Origin: Candidatus Latescibacterota bacterium
GTDB taxonomy: Bacteria > Latescibacterota > UBA2968 > UBA8231
Direction of reading: 5' to 3'
DNA length: 64,000 nucleotides
NCBI GenBank assembly: GCA_965206595.1
Contig: OZ242214.1
Location: 3,488,001-3,552,000 of the forward strand
Both the position numbers and the translations under genes were made by a program. Positions 1 through 9,897 of the stretch are shown here, in pieces. Numbering within the stretch: the first letter of the stretch is position 1; each line of letters begins with the position of its first letter. A model generated the notes under the pieces. The model was not told the origin of the DNA. It did no database searches and saw only the letters and a program-made list of their open reading frames with translations.

Positions 1-1653
1 CCGATCGCCGCCGGCGTCCACTACTACGCCACTCCCGAGAACCAGTGGGCGGACATCGTCCACCCGCACCTGCCACGGTGGCTGACGCCACAGAGCGAAG
101 AGGCGGTGCGCGGCTTCTACGAAGGCCTGCCGGAGGGAAAGCCGGTGCCCTGGGAGTTCTGGGTCGAGCCGTTGATCTCCTGGTCGATCCTGATCCTGGC
201 GGTCTTCTGGGTTTCCGCCTGCCTGATGACGATCCTGCGCAAGCAGTGGATGGAGCACGAGAAGCTGCTGTATCCGCTGGTTCAGGTCGCCGTAGAGATG
301 CTGCGCGACGACGAGTCCCGGTCGGCGATCAAACCGTTCTTCCGCAACCCGGTGATGTGGGCGGGATTCGCCGTTCCCTTCCTGGTCGGATCGATGCACG
401 CGCTGCACTTCTATTACCCCGCCATTCCCGACATGGGGAACTGGACGGCGCGGCTCGCCATGTTCAGGGGCACCACCGATCTCCTGGTCATGTTCAACAT
501 CGGCGTCGTCGGCATCGCCTACCTGCTCAACCGCGACGTGGCGCTGGGGCTGTGGGTCTTCTTTCTGCTGGCGCACGCCGAGCGCGGCCTGTTCAACGTC
601 CTCGGTCTCGAGAGCACGGAGAAGCTCAGCCGCTTCACCTTCGAAGGGGGTCCCTTCCTGGCGCACCAGACCATGGGGGCGATGATCGTCCTCGTGCTGT
701 CGGGACTGTGGATGGCACGCGATCACCTGAAGCGGGTGTGGCGAAAGGCGTTCGCCGGGGGGTCGGAAGAGGACGCCGGCGAGGTGATGTCGTACCGCAC
801 CGCGGTCCGCGGCCTGCTGATCGGACTGATCGTCGTCAGTACCTGGTTGTGGGCGTCGGGGCTGCCCTGGTGGGTGGTGCCGGTCTTCCTGTTCGCCGTC
901 TTCATCGTCTTCATGGCCCTGACCCGGGCCACCGTCGAAGGAGGGATGCCCCATATCCGCACTCCATTGACCCCGGGGGACTTCGTCGTGTCCGGGATCG
1001 GCACCCATGCCCTCGGCATCTCGGGTGGGATCGCGCTGGGATTCACCTACGTGTGGGCGGCGAACCTGAGGATCTTCTTCATGATCTGCTTCGCCAACAG
1101 CCTGAGGATCGCCGGCGAGATCCGGGGCAGCAAGAGACCCCTGATCTGGGCGGCCGCCCTCGCCGCGGTGGCCGCCCTGGCCGGGTCCGTGTACAGCATC
1201 ATCACCCTTTCCTACGCCCACGGGGGCATCAACCTGCAGCAGTTCTACTTCGTGTACGTGCCGCAGCAGGTGGGAAAGAACATGGCGATCGCCCTCACCA
1301 ATCCGACCGTGCCCAGCGCCAGCGGCTGGCTGTTCACCGCTCTCGGCGCCGCGGTGATGGGCCTGTTGACCTGGGTGCGGGTGCGCTTCACCTGGTGGCC
1401 CATCCACCCGCTCGGGTTCGCCGTGACCGAGTACCGGCTGATGAGCTTCGTCTGGTTCAGCGTGCTGGCCGCCTGGGGAATCAAGTCGCTGGTGCTGCAG
1501 TACGGAGGGCCGGGGCTGTACAACCGCACCAGGCCGTTCTTCCTCGGCCTGATCTGCGGCCAGATCTGCGTCACCGGCTTCTGGCTGATCGTCGACTTCT
1601 TCACCGGGGCGCAGGGAAATCTGCCGCTCCCCTGGCACGCCTCGTTCGTGTAG
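1..1653 (+). CDS. DUF6785/DUF6784-like polytopic membrane protein (OPT-like putative transporter), 5'-partial
   Basis: Frame 1 is open from base 1 (PIAAGVHYYATPENQW). Motifs FYEGLPEG, W..HEKLLYPLVQ, AHQTMGA, WWPIHPLG, YGG..LY..RPFFLGL are shared with paralogues at 1682-3640 and 43060-45009. Many hydrophobic segments. Confidence 0.75.
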   Translation, partial: PIAAGVHYYATPENQWADIVHPHLPRWLTPQSEEAVRGFYEGLPEGKPVPWEFWVEPLISWSILILAVFWVSACLMTILRKQWMEHEKLLYPLVQVAVEMLRDDESRSAIKPFFRNPVMWAGFAVPFLVGSMHALHFYYPAIPDMGNWTARLAMFRGTTDLLVMFNIGVVGIAYLLNRDVALGLWVFFLLAHAERGLFNVLGLESTEKLSRFTFEGGPFLAHQTMGAMIVLVLSGLWMARDHLKRVWRKAFAGGSEEDAGEVMSYRTAVRGLLIGLIVVSTWLWASGLPWWVVPVFLFAVFIVFMALTRATVEGGMPHIRTPLTPGDFVVSGIGTHALGISGGIALGFTYVWAANLRIFFMICFANSLRIAGEIRGSKRPLIWAAALAAVAALAGSVYSIITLSYAHGGINLQQFYFVYVPQQVGKNMAIALTNPTVPSASGWLFTALGAAVMGLLTWVRVRFTWWPIHPLGFAVTEYRLMSFVWFSVLAAWGIKSLVLQYGGPGLYNRTRPFFLGLICGQICVTGFWLIVDFFTGAQGNLPLPWHASFV

Positions 1654-1681
1654 GCTCCCTGCCGGTGGGGCGGCGGCTATT

Positions 1682-3640
1682 CTACTTGTAGTGCACGAGG
1701 TGCCCCTGCACCGGGAACCAGATCACGTCGACGAACCCCGACAGGATCACCGCCGCTACGTAACCGATGCCGATGCCGTAAAACAGGGGCTTGCCCGCCT
1801 GGTAGGCCCTGGCGCCGCCGTAGCGCAGCACGGTCAGCTTGACCAGCCAGACGATGAAGAGGCTGAACCAGTAGCTCTCCGGGCCCGTCGCCTTCTGGAA
1901 GGCGAGGCCTATCGGGTGCAGGGAAAACCAGTGAAACCGGCCGCGCAGGAAGGCCAGGGCCGCGGCCTCGAGGAAACCTGCCGACCAGATCCCCCACTTG
2001 CCGATGTCGAGCACCCGCGGGTTGTTCAGCAGATTGGCGATCTGCGGGTAGACGTTGAAGGCGTACGGCAGGTGCACGGCCCCGCCCTGGTCGTAGGCGA
2101 CCTCGATGCTCGACCAGGAGGTCACCAGGCTGCCGGCGACGAAGGCGGCGAGGATCACCGCACAGACCCGCCCCGGTTGGCGCCTGAGCGAAAAGATGCG
2201 CAGGTGGTGGGGGATCGCCGGCCATGCCGGGATGCGCATGTTGCCGAAGAAGGCGTTGCTCGTAAACAGCTTGAAGGAGACGACGTTCTGGGTCGACAGG
2301 TTGGAGGAGCCGACCAGCTCGGTGATGAAGAAGGTCCCCTTGCAGTTTGCCCAGCTCGCCATCAGGTAGGTGAACCCGGTCGCGGCGATCAGCTTGGAAA
2401 CCACGAAGAACACCACCGTCATCAGCGCCAGGGAGCCGGCGGCGACCGGCACGCTGGCTCCCAGGCTGACCCCGAAACCGATGACGTAAAGGCCGGACAG
2501 GACCATTGCGATCACCGCGGCCCGGTAGATGCGCACCTCGCGGCGGTCGCCGGCGCCGTGCAGAACGCAGGCGGCCACCTCGCGCAGGTGCCGGCGCGCC
2601 AGCCACAGGGACCAGGCGGCGACGGCGAAAATCGCCCCGTAGCTCTCGAGGTCGAGGATGTCCGCCGAGCCCATTGTCTGCCCTCCCGAGCCGACACTGA
2701 ATCCGACCTGGTCCATCAGCCCCATCTTGAGGACCGCCAGCCAGTAGAACAGCACCAGGCTGCCGAGGATGTCGAGGGGACAGAGCCAGGTCAGCGCCAG
2801 GACGATGGGAAGCACCCGGAATGTGACCGTCGGCAACGGCTGCGGCATCACGATCTGGTAGCGCTTCTGGTAAAGCTCGATCAGCGGCAGCCCGGGACTG
2901 AACCAGGTGCCGATGTTGTACAGCAGCGGCAGGAATACGATCCCGAAACCGACCCAGAACAGGCGGGAGTAGAACAGGTCGGGCATGCGCCGCGGACCGT
3001 CGAACCCCCGCGTCAGGTCGATCGGCATCTGGGCTAGCGGAAAGCTCAGCTTCTCGTGCTCGATCCACTGGCGCTGAAACAGGATCATCAGCCCGAGGCC
3101 GAACACCACCATCGCCACCGAGGCCCCGATCCAGCGCGCCATGGCACCGGTCCAGGCGTCCCACGGCAGCGGGGCCCCCTCCGGGAGACCGAGCCAGAAA
3201 GCGTCGACGACGCGGGGGGAGTTCTCCGGAAGCGCGTTCCAGGGCAGGTACGGAAGGATGAGGGTTTCCCACTGGTTCTCCGCGGTGGCGTTGAACCCGG
3301 GGGCGCCGAGAATGGCAACCCAGTAGTCGCTCCAACCCCACATCGGCAGGATGCCGGTGACCCAGGTCACCGAGAACACCGTGAGCAGATCGCCGCGGCT
3401 GAGGGCTGCCCACGGCAGCAGGCGCTTGAGGAGGACGTTGAGGAAGAGCCACAGCACGAACGGCATGATCGCCATCATCGGGTAGTTCGAAAGCACGTAG
3501 GTTCCTGCCGAACCCGCCGTGATTCCGACTACCATGCTGTGGTACCAGTACCAGGCCACGATCGTCGCTATGGCGACGACGATGCCGCGGATCGTGATCG
3601 ACGCGCGTTCCCCTTCCGGGGACGTGGAGGTGGGGCTCAT
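1682..3640 (-). CDS. DUF6785/DUF6784-like polytopic membrane protein
   Basis: 652 aa with ATAENQW, FWLGLPEG, WIEHEKLSFPLAQ, LHPIG, RYGG..AY..KPLFYG. Convergent with its paralogue. Confidence 0.75.
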   Translation of the reverse strand: MSPTSTSPEGERASITIRGIVVAIATIVAWYWYHSMVVGITAGSAGTYVLSNYPMMAIMPFVLWLFLNVLLKRLLPWAALSRGDLLTVFSVTWVTGILPMWGWSDYWVAILGAPGFNATAENQWETLILPYLPWNALPENSPRVVDAFWLGLPEGAPLPWDAWTGAMARWIGASVAMVVFGLGLMILFQRQWIEHEKLSFPLAQMPIDLTRGFDGPRRMPDLFYSRLFWVGFGIVFLPLLYNIGTWFSPGLPLIELYQKRYQIVMPQPLPTVTFRVLPIVLALTWLCPLDILGSLVLFYWLAVLKMGLMDQVGFSVGSGGQTMGSADILDLESYGAIFAVAAWSLWLARRHLREVAACVLHGAGDRREVRIYRAAVIAMVLSGLYVIGFGVSLGASVPVAAGSLALMTVVFFVVSKLIAATGFTYLMASWANCKGTFFITELVGSSNLSTQNVVSFKLFTSNAFFGNMRIPAWPAIPHHLRIFSLRRQPGRVCAVILAAFVAGSLVTSWSSIEVAYDQGGAVHLPYAFNVYPQIANLLNNPRVLDIGKWGIWSAGFLEAAALAFLRGRFHWFSLHPIGLAFQKATGPESYWFSLFIVWLVKLTVLRYGGARAYQAGKPLFYGIGIGYVAAVILSGFVDVIWFPVQGHLVHYK

Positions 3641-3680
3641 TACGGGTCAGTAGGATTGCGGCGAATACGCCCCAACGGTC

Positions 3681-4544
3681 TCACCACTCGACATCCATCA
3701 TGTCGCGTCCCCAGAAGAGCGGACCGGAGAAGACGTTTTGCACCTCGGTTATCGCCCGGGTGGTCTCCTCCGGCGGCTCGAGGGTGACCGACTGGTGGTT
3801 GATCAGCAACCGCCTGGCCCCGGCTTCCGCGGCAAGGCGCCCGGCACCTAGGGTGCCGGTCTCGGAGATCGCGCTCGGATAGGTGCGGATCTTCTCTTCC
3901 CGGTGCACCGCCTCCATCACGAACAGGTCGGCGTCGCGCGCCAGCGCCACGACCGCATCGGCAGGCGCGGTGTCGCCGCTGAAGGCGACGATCCCCTCGT
4001 CGGTTTCGAAGCGGAACCCGTAACACTCGATGTAGGGCTGGGCGTGCTCGACCTGGCGGGCGTAGCAGCTCCAGCCCTCTCCTTCCGCCACCTTGCCCTC
4101 ACCGTATTCCCCGACCTCGACCGCGGGAGCGGGCCGCTCCCCGGCGCCGCCGCGCATGTGGAAGGCGTGGACGCTCATCGGGTGGTTGGTGCGGGCGATG
4201 ACGTCGTACCAGAAGACGCCCCTCTCTTCGCTCCAGATCGCCGCGGTGATCTCCCGGATCGGCTGCGGGCCGTGCACGCGAAGGTCCGGCTCCGTGCCGA
4301 TGCACTGGTCGAAGCGGGTCATCAGGAAGCAGAGGTAGTCGGAGACGTGGTCGGAGTGCAGGTGGGTGAAGAAGAGATCGTTTACGGACGTACAGGGGAT
4401 TCCCATCCTGTACATCTTGTATGTCGAGGCGGGGCCGCAGTCGATCATCAGGCGCTGGCCGCAGATCTCGAGGACGAAGCAGGTCCCCCAGCGGTCGGGG
4501 GTCCAGGTCGGAGTTCCCGCTCCGACGATTCTCAGTTTCGGCAT
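3681..4544 (-). CDS. MBL-fold metallo-hydrolase (RNase Z/ElaC-AtsA-like)
   Basis: FTHLHSDH (HxHxDH), MIDCG, VEH, FSGDT. ATG at 4544 (MPKLRIVGAGTP) with AGGAG upstream. Confidence 0.85.
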   Translation of the reverse strand: MPKLRIVGAGTPTWTPDRWGTCFVLEICGQRLMIDCGPASTYKMYRMGIPCTSVNDLFFTHLHSDHVSDYLCFLMTRFDQCIGTEPDLRVHGPQPIREITAAIWSEERGVFWYDVIARTNHPMSVHAFHMRGGAGERPAPAVEVGEYGEGKVAEGEGWSCYARQVEHAQPYIECYGFRFETDEGIVAFSGDTAPADAVVALARDADLFVMEAVHREEKIRTYPSAISETGTLGAGRLAAEAGARRLLINHQSVTLEPPEETTRAITEVQNVFSGPLFWGRDMMDVEW

Positions 4545-4776
4545 TTCCTCGCTCCTTTTGAAAGACTCCTTGCGGCGTCCTGGTGCAGCGCGGCACGCCG
4601 TCCGGGTCCGCAAGCGGTCTGCTCCCACTCTTGCCTGAAGAGGTCGCTGCGAACGCCGGTGGCTGCCGTGACGGAAGTGGGACAGGGTTGCCGAACCGGG
4701 AGGAACGAAGGCTGTCGGCTGCGCCAAGTTCGCTGCGGACGCCGTACTACTCGATGCCGGATCCCTCCGCGCAGCG

Positions 4777-5688
4777 TTACGGTACGTACGGCTGGCCGGT
4801 GCGCCGCAGCTCCTTGGTCACCGCTATCTGGCAGGTCAGGTAGCCGCCCATGTACCCGGTGGCGAACCCCGGACGCGCGTCCCCGATGGTGCCGACGATG
4901 AGGTTGGCGTGCTCGACCGAGATCGAGTAGCGGTCGACGAGCAGGGCCACCATCTCCCGCCACGCCGCTTTCAGCGCCTCTCCCCAGCCGTCCGCCCTCG
5001 CCCCGGTCAGCCACTCCTCCGGGGCCTCGACCACCCCGGTGGTCTCGACCACCGGACTGCTGCAGGGAAAACCGGGTGAGCGGTCGACCTTCAGGGTCAC
5101 CGCGGAGTCGATTTCCACGCCTGCCCCGGTCAGCTCGCCGTCCCCCATGCGGGCGTGGACATCCCCGAGCGAAAGCAACCCCCCCGGCTTCTGGGCGCGG
5201 ATGTGGACGGTGCTTCCCGGCTGGATGGAATTGAAGTCCATGTTGCCGCCGTGGTCGATGGCGTTCGGGGCCCAGGATTCCAGCTGTATGACGCCGATCA
5301 TCGGCCGCACCGGCACGACGAGGTCCGGCGGAAAGTGAATGAGACCGTCGCGCACCGGGGCGATGCAGCGCCAGTTGCCCCAGTTGGGGCCGCCGTTGCG
5401 GTAGAAGCCGTACGGGGCACACTTGATGTCGATGATTTCGATGGCCACCCAGTCGTCGGGGCCGATCGCCTCGACGGCGAAGGGACCGCCTGGCCGCGAG
5501 TGGCGCGGGTGGGTGGCCGCCGCGGTAATCTGGCCCGCCCTGGTTTCTCCGGCAGCCTCGTAGTCGTGGTCGTTGCCCCCCACGGTTTCGATGACCACGG
5601 TCTCCCCGAGCTCGAGAGTTCCTCTCAACTGCCCGATTTCGGGATCGTCCGATCCGCTGTAACTGGGTGTTCTGGTAAAGCGACGCAT
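4777..5688 (-). CDS. acetamidase/formamidase family protein
   Basis: GPFAVE, PMIGVI, HGGNMD, LSLGDVHARMGDGELTGAGVE. Start taken at ATG 5688 (MRRFTRT). Confidence 0.85.
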   Translation of the reverse strand: MRRFTRTPSYSGSDDPEIGQLRGTLELGETVVIETVGGNDHDYEAAGETRAGQITAAATHPRHSRPGGPFAVEAIGPDDWVAIEIIDIKCAPYGFYRNGGPNWGNWRCIAPVRDGLIHFPPDLVVPVRPMIGVIQLESWAPNAIDHGGNMDFNSIQPGSTVHIRAQKPGGLLSLGDVHARMGDGELTGAGVEIDSAVTLKVDRSPGFPCSSPVVETTGVVEAPEEWLTGARADGWGEALKAAWREMVALLVDRYSISVEHANLIVGTIGDARPGFATGYMGGYLTCQIAVTKELRRTGQPYVP

Positions 5689-5796
5689 ATCGCTCTTCCG
5701 TGTCGTAGATTTGTCCGGTTTGCTGCAGACGATTGGACAGCGGGGAATTCTCCGCAAAGCTCATTCCGCGGTCAACCGAAAGAAACCGGCCAACTG

Positions 5797-6576
5797 ATGC
5801 GCGCGGACCAGATCTCCAGCGGGGTCACGGAGGCGACCATCGTTCCCGGGCGCGGCGGACTCGTAACCCGGTTCGCCGTGTCGGGACGCGAGATCCTCTT
5901 TCTCGACCGCGCCAGCTTCGAAGACCGCGGACAGCCTGTCCGCGGCGGCATTCCCGTCCTCTTCCCGTTTGCCGGCCGCCTCGCCGACAACCTGCTCCTG
6001 GCGACCGGAACCTCGCTCGGACTGCACGGGTTCGCCCGCGATTTCGAGTGGACGGTTACCGGACACGGCGCCGACCGGCACCGGATGGAGCTGGCGGCCG
6101 GCCCGGAAACACTCGAGGCCTACCCGTTCGCACACCGGTTGACGCAGACCACATCCGTTGCCGACGGCGAGCTGTCCCTCGCTCTCGAGATCGAAAACAG
6201 GTCCCCGCGGCCGATGCCGGTGGCCCCGGGATGGCACCCCTACTTCCGCTGCCCCCGTGAAAGCAAGGCCGGTGTCCGCTACGGACTGGGGGACTTCCCC
6301 TGCGAGCAGCTCGGCGACTCCTACGACTTCGGGCTGGAAGCGCCTACGGCCGGGAGAATCGATTTCGACATACCGGGGGAAGGCGGCGTCTCGCTTTCGT
6401 TTTCTCCGGAATTCCGCCACCTGCAATTCTGGACCCTGCCGGATCGCGACTTCATCTGCGTCGAGCCCTGGGACGGTCCTCCCGGCGTCATCAACAGCGG
6501 CCGCCGCCGCCTCGTCCCCCCCGGCGGGACGCTGGCCTGCCGGATGCTGATTTCTCCGATGGAGCGGGGGGCCTGA
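5797..6576 (+). CDS. aldose 1-epimerase / galactose mutarotase-like protein
   Basis: RGGIPVLFPFAGR, HGFARD, YPF, GWHPYF, FICVEPW. Start at ATG 5797. Confidence 0.85.
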   Translation: MRADQISSGVTEATIVPGRGGLVTRFAVSGREILFLDRASFEDRGQPVRGGIPVLFPFAGRLADNLLLATGTSLGLHGFARDFEWTVTGHGADRHRMELAAGPETLEAYPFAHRLTQTTSVADGELSLALEIENRSPRPMPVAPGWHPYFRCPRESKAGVRYGLGDFPCEQLGDSYDFGLEAPTAGRIDFDIPGEGGVSLSFSPEFRHLQFWTLPDRDFICVEPWDGPPGVINSGRRRLVPPGGTLACRMLISPMERGA

Positions 6577-6581
6577 CCGCC

Positions 6582-7475
6582 ATGTCGCTTCAGCGCCGGG
6601 TCAGCGAGCTGCTCGACAGGCTCGACGCCAGAACCTCCGCGTACGCCCGGCACCTGCCCTCCGGTGCCGGGATCGCGGTGCGCGGCGACGAACCCGTCGA
6701 CACCCTGAGCGTGATCAAGATACCGGTGCTGGTTCTCGCTTTCCGCGACGTGGAAGCCGGGAAGCTCGACCCCGAAGGTCGCCGCGTCGTCGGCCCGCAG
6801 GATCTCCGCAACGGCACCGGGGTCCTGAAGAACTTCGAGCCCGGCCTGCAGCCGACCTGGGGAGATCTGCTGACGCAGATGATCGTCACCAGCGACAACA
6901 CCGCCACCGACATCGTCGTCGACAGGGTCGGCTTCGAGCGCGTCAACGACCTGCTGGCCGAGCTCGGGTACGCCGGAACCCGGCTCCAGCACACCCTGGC
7001 CGGCTACTTCCGCCGCCGCTGGGAGCTCCTCGATCCGGCCAACGCCTCGCTGTCGAACGCCGAGGTGTTCGCGCGCGGTTTCCCCCGCGACCCCGGGGCC
7101 ATGGAGCGCGACTTCGCTTTCGAAGGAGAGCCGGGTGAGTGGCTCGGGCGTACGACGGCGCGCGAGATGGCGAACCTGCTGGCGCAGATCGAGAACGCCG
7201 GGCTGGTCAGCCGCCGGTCAAGCGACCGGATGATCGGGATCCTCCTGCGGCAGACCTACAGCTCGCGGCTGCCGCGGCTCGTCGGGGACCGCGTCGCCAT
7301 CGCTCACAAAACCGGGGACTGGGCCCCTCTCGCCGGCAACGACGCCGGCATCATCTACGGGGACAACGGAGCTATCGTCGTCTCGGTGTTCGTCAACCAG
7401 AACCGCGGCGACTTCGCCGAGGTCGAAGAGACCCACGGCCGCATCGCCGAGCTGCTGGTCGAGGCCTGGGGATAA
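6582..7475 (+). CDS. serine hydrolase of class A beta-lactamase fold
   Basis: SVIK (SxxK), SDN, HKTG motifs. No signal peptide. Expanded omega-loop region. Confidence 0.85.
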   Translation: MSLQRRVSELLDRLDARTSAYARHLPSGAGIAVRGDEPVDTLSVIKIPVLVLAFRDVEAGKLDPEGRRVVGPQDLRNGTGVLKNFEPGLQPTWGDLLTQMIVTSDNTATDIVVDRVGFERVNDLLAELGYAGTRLQHTLAGYFRRRWELLDPANASLSNAEVFARGFPRDPGAMERDFAFEGEPGEWLGRTTAREMANLLAQIENAGLVSRRSSDRMIGILLRQTYSSRLPRLVGDRVAIAHKTGDWAPLAGNDAGIIYGDNGAIVVSVFVNQNRGDFAEVEETHGRIAELLVEAWG

Positions 7476-7642
7476 TCCGGGGGCGGTTCGTCACGCCCAG
7501 CGGGGTTCTCTGCGTCGCCGTCGCCTGATCAGGGTGGGCAGAACTTCCCGCAGGTGCCGCCCGGGCGCTTCGGACAGGCGGGCAAGGAGGCGGTGGAAAC
7601 GACCGCATCCGGTAGGCCCCCGGCCCGGAAACCGCTCCGCTC

Positions 7643-8722
7643 TCACCCGATCGGCACCTTCTCCTCTGTCAGCGCGCTGTCGTGAAGGGCGTCGAGAATC
7701 TGCATGAAGGTGAAGGCCTCCGCGGCCGGAACGTTCGGCTCCAATTCGCCGGCGATCGCCATCGCGAAATGCTCGAGCTCCTGGTAGAAGAAGAACTCGT
7801 CCGACGGCGGCTCCGTGTACGGTTCCTCTTCCACCTCCTCGCCGATCTCCTCCCTCGCGAAGCCATCGCCCTTGCGCCGGAAGATCGCCTTGTCGTCCCC
7901 CCGGCTCGCCGCCCTCTTCGGGTCCTCCCCGGTGATGGTCCCCTCCGTTCCGTAGAGGGCGAACACCTTCGGGGAGTCGGCCTGGTCGACGTTCGAACAG
8001 GAGATCTCGATGGTGCGGTCCCCCTCGAAGCGGACAAGGCCGCTGAAATAGTTCTCCGACGGCACGGCGCCGGCACCAGGTTCGGGAGTATGCAAGGTGT
8101 GCTTGATGGCGAACGCCCACTGCGGCTGAGGGCAGCCCATGAACCACCACAGCAGGTCGAGATCGTGGGAGAAATGCTGCCCCAAGGGACCTCCCTTATT
8201 GCCGTACACGTGCTGCCAGCGCTCGAAGTCGTTCACGGGCGGGGGCGCCGCGCTGCGGTTGAAGCACCGCCCGTGGTAGACCCGGCCGATGCGGCCGCGC
8301 TCCACCGCGGCCCGTATTCGCCGGTTGTGCACCTGGTGGCGGAAGAAATAGGAGAACATCAGAACCTTCTCCGCTCTGCGTGAGGCGGCCTCCATCTCGA
8401 GGACCTGCGCCGCCCGGGTGGCGTGCGGTTTCTGCACCAGGGCGTGCTTGCCTGCCGCGAAACCTTCCAGCACCATCCGCAGGCGGATGTCTGGAGGAAC
8501 GCCGTAGTAGACCGCGTCGACGTCGCCGTCATCGAGAACTTCGCGGTAGTCGCCATACACCCGCTCCACCGGAAACTCTTCGGCAACCGAACGCCGGCGC
8601 CCCTCGTCCGGATCGGCGAGGGCCAGGGCGGTCATCCGGGACAGCGGCCCGCAGTTCTTCGCCGCCTGCTGTCCGGTGAAACCGGCCCCGATGATGCCCA
8701 GTCTGATCGGTTCGGAGTTCAT
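7643..8722 (-). CDS. Gfo/Idh/MocA family NAD(P)-dependent oxidoreductase
   Basis: LGIIGAG, DVDAVY, GKHALVQKP (EKP-like), GRIGRVY, GGPLGQHFSHDLD. Confidence 0.85.
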   Translation of the reverse strand: MNSEPIRLGIIGAGFTGQQAAKNCGPLSRMTALALADPDEGRRRSVAEEFPVERVYGDYREVLDDGDVDAVYYGVPPDIRLRMVLEGFAAGKHALVQKPHATRAAQVLEMEAASRRAEKVLMFSYFFRHQVHNRRIRAAVERGRIGRVYHGRCFNRSAAPPPVNDFERWQHVYGNKGGPLGQHFSHDLDLLWWFMGCPQPQWAFAIKHTLHTPEPGAGAVPSENYFSGLVRFEGDRTIEISCSNVDQADSPKVFALYGTEGTITGEDPKRAASRGDDKAIFRRKGDGFAREEIGEEVEEEPYTEPPSDEFFFYQELEHFAMAIAGELEPNVPAAEAFTFMQILDALHDSALTEEKVPIG

Positions 8723-8731
8723 CTCCTCTGC

Positions 8732-9562
8732 TCAGCCTCCGTCGCTCCAGGCCTCGTAGCGGGCCACCGCCAGGTCATCGAGGCTTTCCTGCCGTCCCTC
8801 CACCACCTCCAGCCTCACCGTGGTCTCCAGCAGGTCCCCAGGCCCGGCGTCGCCGCCGAAGAGGTGGAAGTACTGCGAGTTGTGGAAGCCGTTGTACCCC
8901 GAGAGCCCGATGCAGTCCCGGCGCCTGGCCATCGAGACGACGGAGGGACCGAAGCGATGCTGCTGGGTCATCAGCGGCAGCGCGTAGTCCGGTCCCAGCA
9001 TCCAGTTCTGGGACGGCTTCGTCATCCAGCGCCCGTCGAGGAAGACGCGGCGCGCTTCGCCGTCCCGGGGCCACGCCTCGTCGTTGAATTCCCCGCACCA
9101 GGCGGTCTCGTACCAGCGCATCGGAACGGCCGCATCGACGCTCGCGTCCCGCAGGGCAAAACGCGGCCTGTGGTAGGGGGTGAAGTAGCTCGACACGAAC
9201 AGCTCGTAGGCGGCGTAGGGCTGCAGGACCTCGGCCCGAATCCCCATTTCGACGGCGAGCTGATCCGCGAATACCCGGTAGCGCACGGATAGGCGGACGT
9301 TGTTTTCAGGGCACGGGGGCCAGCGCACCACCGCGTCCCCCTCTTCGACCGACACCTCGGCTTGCCGCTGGCGCACGATATCGATCTGACGGGCATCCGC
9401 GGCGGCCCGGTAGATGCTGAGCCAGGCGAACTCCGGCCCTTCGTCGAGGTGGAAATGGGTCCCCTTCGACAGGCGGATTCCGTTGCTGCCGAGAACGGCG
9501 ACCGACCAGTCTCCCATCGGGGACTGGATCGTTTCAGGTAGCGTGCAGGTGACAAACGACAT
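8732..9562 (-). CDS. hypothetical cytoplasmic protein, aromatic-rich
   Basis: 276 aa ORF with GGAG RBS, ending 9 bp upstream of the oxidoreductase start. Motifs YELFVSSYF, DGRW, YFHLFGGD. Confidence 0.7.
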   Translation of the reverse strand: MSFVTCTLPETIQSPMGDWSVAVLGSNGIRLSKGTHFHLDEGPEFAWLSIYRAAADARQIDIVRQRQAEVSVEEGDAVVRWPPCPENNVRLSVRYRVFADQLAVEMGIRAEVLQPYAAYELFVSSYFTPYHRPRFALRDASVDAAVPMRWYETAWCGEFNDEAWPRDGEARRVFLDGRWMTKPSQNWMLGPDYALPLMTQQHRFGPSVVSMARRRDCIGLSGYNGFHNSQYFHLFGGDAGPGDLLETTVRLEVVEGRQESLDDLAVARYEAWSDGG

Positions 9563-9897
9563 GGAGTTCCTCCGCTTTCAATGCAGGCCCCCCCAGGGCG
9601 GTCATGGGATGCGGTTGGAGTAAACCGGGCTCTGGCTCGCGGCGTTGCCTTCGCTTGCCGTACACCCTCGGTACGACTCGCTCAGACGCCTTGCGATCCG
9701 GGTGCCTCGACGACCGAATTATTGCCATCTATTTCCGGGACAGAACACTTGGACGAAGCGGGTATCTGCCGCGCCATGCAAGGTCATCCCCGGTTGGCAA
9801 CCTCGTCCCGTGGGGCTCCCATCGCGTTGGACCAGCGGGGGGGAGGGGGCGCCGGTGAGCCCGGGGAGCTTGGGAACGTCCGCAGGAGAAGGCCCCG

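Noticed and set aside
4644-4744. 15-bp direct repeat TCGCTGCG(A/G)ACGCCG in a 230-bp intergenic region
   Set aside because: Two GC-rich copies only, could be chance. No recognisable riboswitch or REP pattern.
7476-7642. GC-rich hairpins between convergent genes, possible ncRNA
   Set aside because: Short stems are expected at this GC content and there is no recognisable RNA family signature.
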